From NCBI GenBank assembly GCA_964612595.1, contig CAZTFB010000002.1, positions 188,933-252,932 of the forward strand: a DNA stretch of 64,000 bases, in the 5' to 3' direction. Shown one piece after another: positions 62,163 to 64,000 of the stretch. Origin of the DNA: an uncultured Gammaproteobacteria bacterium. Lineage in GTDB: Bacteria; Patescibacteriota; Microgenomatia; UBA1406; HO2-37-13b. A program made the translations under genes and the position numbers. The notes under the pieces are model-generated. The model had not been told where the DNA came from, did not search any database, and was given only the letters and a program-made list of their open reading frames with translations. Every line of letters begins with the position of its first letter. Within the stretch, counting starts at the first letter, position 1.

Positions 62163-62978
62163 ATGATGCGAAAAGGCATACTACTGGTCTTGTTACTATT
62201 TGTATTCTTTACCTTACCCGACAGAACCTTTGCATTTGGTATTGATGTAAATATAAACAGAACAATACCAGGGGTAAATTGTGGGGTACCTAATCTTCAG
62301 AGTAACCCAGACGCAGCAAAATGCTGTTACTATAAACCCATTGAGTCTATATCTAAAGTGCCATGGATTATAGAAAAGATGGGGGGTATTGGTCTCCTTC
62401 CATTACTGCCAAATCCATTCAAGGCCTGGAATAATGCACGCGAATCAGTATTAAGAACACAAGATAAGTATGCCTCAATGAAACCCTGTTGGGCAGGAAT
62501 TCCAACACCACTCAGCATTCCTGCGTCAGATCCGTCATGTCGATGTGAGATTCCCCCTGAAAACGTTAGATCCAGCATAGTAACGCTTTGCCGAGAGAGA
62601 TTTGATCCTGCCAAGAGAGGCGAAGGTGTTACTTTGTCATCAGCAGAACTTGCTCGTTTGGACCGTGAAATGAATCAATGCATCGCGTGTGCTGAAGATA
62701 ATGGGTACTATAGTGCCATAGGTTGCTTCAAATTTAGCGTAACCGACTTTATTACGCGATGGGTTTTTGGCTTTGGTGTAAGTCTTGCAGGACTTCTTGC
62801 ATTAGCATGTATTATTGTCGGTGCCTTGAAAGTTCAACTTTCACAAGGACAAGCTGAAACTGTACAGCAATCGAGAGAAATGATTGTCTCGTGCCTACTT
62901 GGCCTCATTCTTATTATCTTCTCAGTATTCTTGCTTAACTTTGTAGGTATTACGATACTGCCAGGATTATTCTTTTAA
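62163..62978 (+). CDS. Cys-rich secreted protein with C-terminal T4SS-pilin-like two-TM module
   Basis: Signal peptide MMRKGILLVLLLFVFFTLPDRTFA and 14 Cys (KCCYYKP, SCRCE, QCIACAE). The C-terminal helix-loop-helix is VSLAGLLALACIIVGALKVQLSQGQAETVQQSREMIVSCLLGLILIIFSVFLL. Start trimmed from 62019. Confidence 0.6.
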   Translation: MMRKGILLVLLLFVFFTLPDRTFAFGIDVNINRTIPGVNCGVPNLQSNPDAAKCCYYKPIESISKVPWIIEKMGGIGLLPLLPNPFKAWNNARESVLRTQDKYASMKPCWAGIPTPLSIPASDPSCRCEIPPENVRSSIVTLCRERFDPAKRGEGVTLSSAELARLDREMNQCIACAEDNGYYSAIGCFKFSVTDFITRWVFGFGVSLAGLLALACIIVGALKVQLSQGQAETVQQSREMIVSCLLGLILIIFSVFLLNFVGITILPGLFF

Positions 62979-62982
62979 TGAG

Positions 62983-63993
62983 TTAGTGTGAAGAAGGCGG
63001 GGGTGCAAAGAGTGCGCCTAGTTTTCCCTTAATACCTTTCTTTCCCCATACATTTTTAGCTGTATGTAATCCAGATCGGGCTTTCCATGCTGCCGATAGT
63101 GGTTCCGTTGTGCCCTTGAAGAAAATACTTCCGAACGATGGAAGTGTCATTCCTGGTGGTGTAAATTTGTCTTTAAAGGTTTTGATAAATTCTGGCATAA
63201 GGAACAGTATGCCGAATCCTACAATGATGCCAAGATTATCGGGGTTGACGGAAGTAATAAAAGGCAACGAAAGGAGCTGTCCGTTTGAAATAGCGTTTCT
63301 AAATGCCCCACTAAGAAGAAGGATTGCTATCATGAGGGGGAACGTCATAAGCTCGATAAATATTGTCTGTATCCACGGCACAAACACATTTGTACCAGGC
63401 ATCGCTTCCATAATAAGCATTAAAGGAGCGAGCATGACGTAGAATAGTATCTTAATATATGCCCTGAATGCCATCAGGAGCAGTTGCAGTATGACGTAAC
63501 CTGCAGTTGCAAGTATGATAATGCCCAGCACGATTATTGGTAATGCGCCTGCTATCTTAAAAATAGGTTCAATTAAAAACAACATTACTATTGCAACAAT
63601 CAAAAGTCCGATACCAGGTGCACTGCCAGACGTTGAAAGATCTAAGAGAAATCTTCCTATGTTCCAGTAGAGCATACTCGTGAGTACAGAGGCACTTAAA
63701 AGCATAAGTATACTGCGGATTGCCTCACCAAACATGCCGAGCAATGCATGCGGAAGGTCATATACAAGACTCCACATAGATTTTAGTAGACCAGTAAAGG
63801 TACCTTCAAAATTACCAATGCCAAGATTGATAAGATCATAGGGAGCTGGGCTCACATATCTGTCGAGTAGTGCTGAGAGAGACAATGTTGGGCTTATTAG
63901 CGGTCCAAATACAACAATTATTAATCCTGTTATGATATACATAAAATCGACCAGAAAGCCAGCTATGGCGAAGGAAAAGTTGATGAGTATCAT
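62983..63993 (-). CDS. Polytopic membrane protein, VirB6/TrbL-like (5' end may lie outside window)
   Basis: About 7 TM helices, with ILFYVMLAPLMLIMEAMPGTNVFVPWIQ resembling the central VirB6/TrbL region. No stop between 63993 and the window end. Confidence 0.4.
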   Translation of the reverse strand: MILINFSFAIAGFLVDFMYIITGLIIVVFGPLISPTLSLSALLDRYVSPAPYDLINLGIGNFEGTFTGLLKSMWSLVYDLPHALLGMFGEAIRSILMLLSASVLTSMLYWNIGRFLLDLSTSGSAPGIGLLIVAIVMLFLIEPIFKIAGALPIIVLGIIILATAGYVILQLLLMAFRAYIKILFYVMLAPLMLIMEAMPGTNVFVPWIQTIFIELMTFPLMIAILLLSGAFRNAISNGQLLSLPFITSVNPDNLGIIVGFGILFLMPEFIKTFKDKFTPPGMTLPSFGSIFFKGTTEPLSAAWKARSGLHTAKNVWGKKGIKGKLGALFAPPPSSH

Positions 63994-64000
63994 AGCAATA

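Noticed and set aside
1-64000. CRISPR arrays, rRNA genes, transposases or integrases
   Set aside because: I found no regularly spaced direct repeats, no rRNA-like conserved blocks, and no DDE/tyrosine/serine recombinase motifs in any listed ORF.

Overview
AT-rich bacterial chromosome segment. Hand counts of 60-nt lines give about 35-42% G+C. It is gene-dense, with many ATGA-type start/stop overlaps and standard code 11; TGA, TAA and TAG all end confident genes. The gene content suggests a Patescibacteria/CPR-like genome (inference only): ATP-dependent DNA ligase, small T4SS-pilin-like proteins, GT39/DUF2079/YYY membrane proteins, isopentenyl phosphate kinase, and Pro/Thr- and Cys-rich surface proteins. 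Confident housekeeping genes are purA, typA, tkt, queA, msrB, mgtE, bcp, uppS, valS, rpmH-yidC-jag and tRNA-Gln(CUG). I saw no rRNA, CRISPR array, transposase or integrase. Main observations: (1) Two short G+C-rich islands (about 10.06-10.96 kb and 38.2-39.2 kb) carry genes with high-GC codon usage, their own SD sites and GC-rich hairpins; the first is bounded by a perfect 15-bp inverted repeat. (2) A tightly packed minus-strand operon (15.5-21.2 kb) starts with an RnfD/NqrB-like membrane protein followed by five Cys-rich, PT-linker surface proteins, two with LPXTG-type sorting signals. It lies divergent from an FMN-binding protein plus ApbE flavin transferase. (3) A 1328-aa orphan protein sits next to a Cys-rich T4SS-pilin-like protein and a VirB6/TrbL-like membrane protein (58-64 kb), and two more pilin-like genes lie at 45.2-45.9 kb. 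(4) An accessory region at 0-5 kb holds a DNA methyltransferase coupled to an FtsK-alpha-only fragment and a three-gene Panacea-type TA-like module. (5) About 18 genes have a -10 box 5-8 nt (mostly 6-7) upstream of the ATG, implying leaderless mRNAs. (6) Two genes are each interrupted by one in-frame TAA. (7) A conserved intergenic element occurs twice, each time driving a tiny membrane peptide. All functional calls rest on motifs read by eye; no database search was possible.
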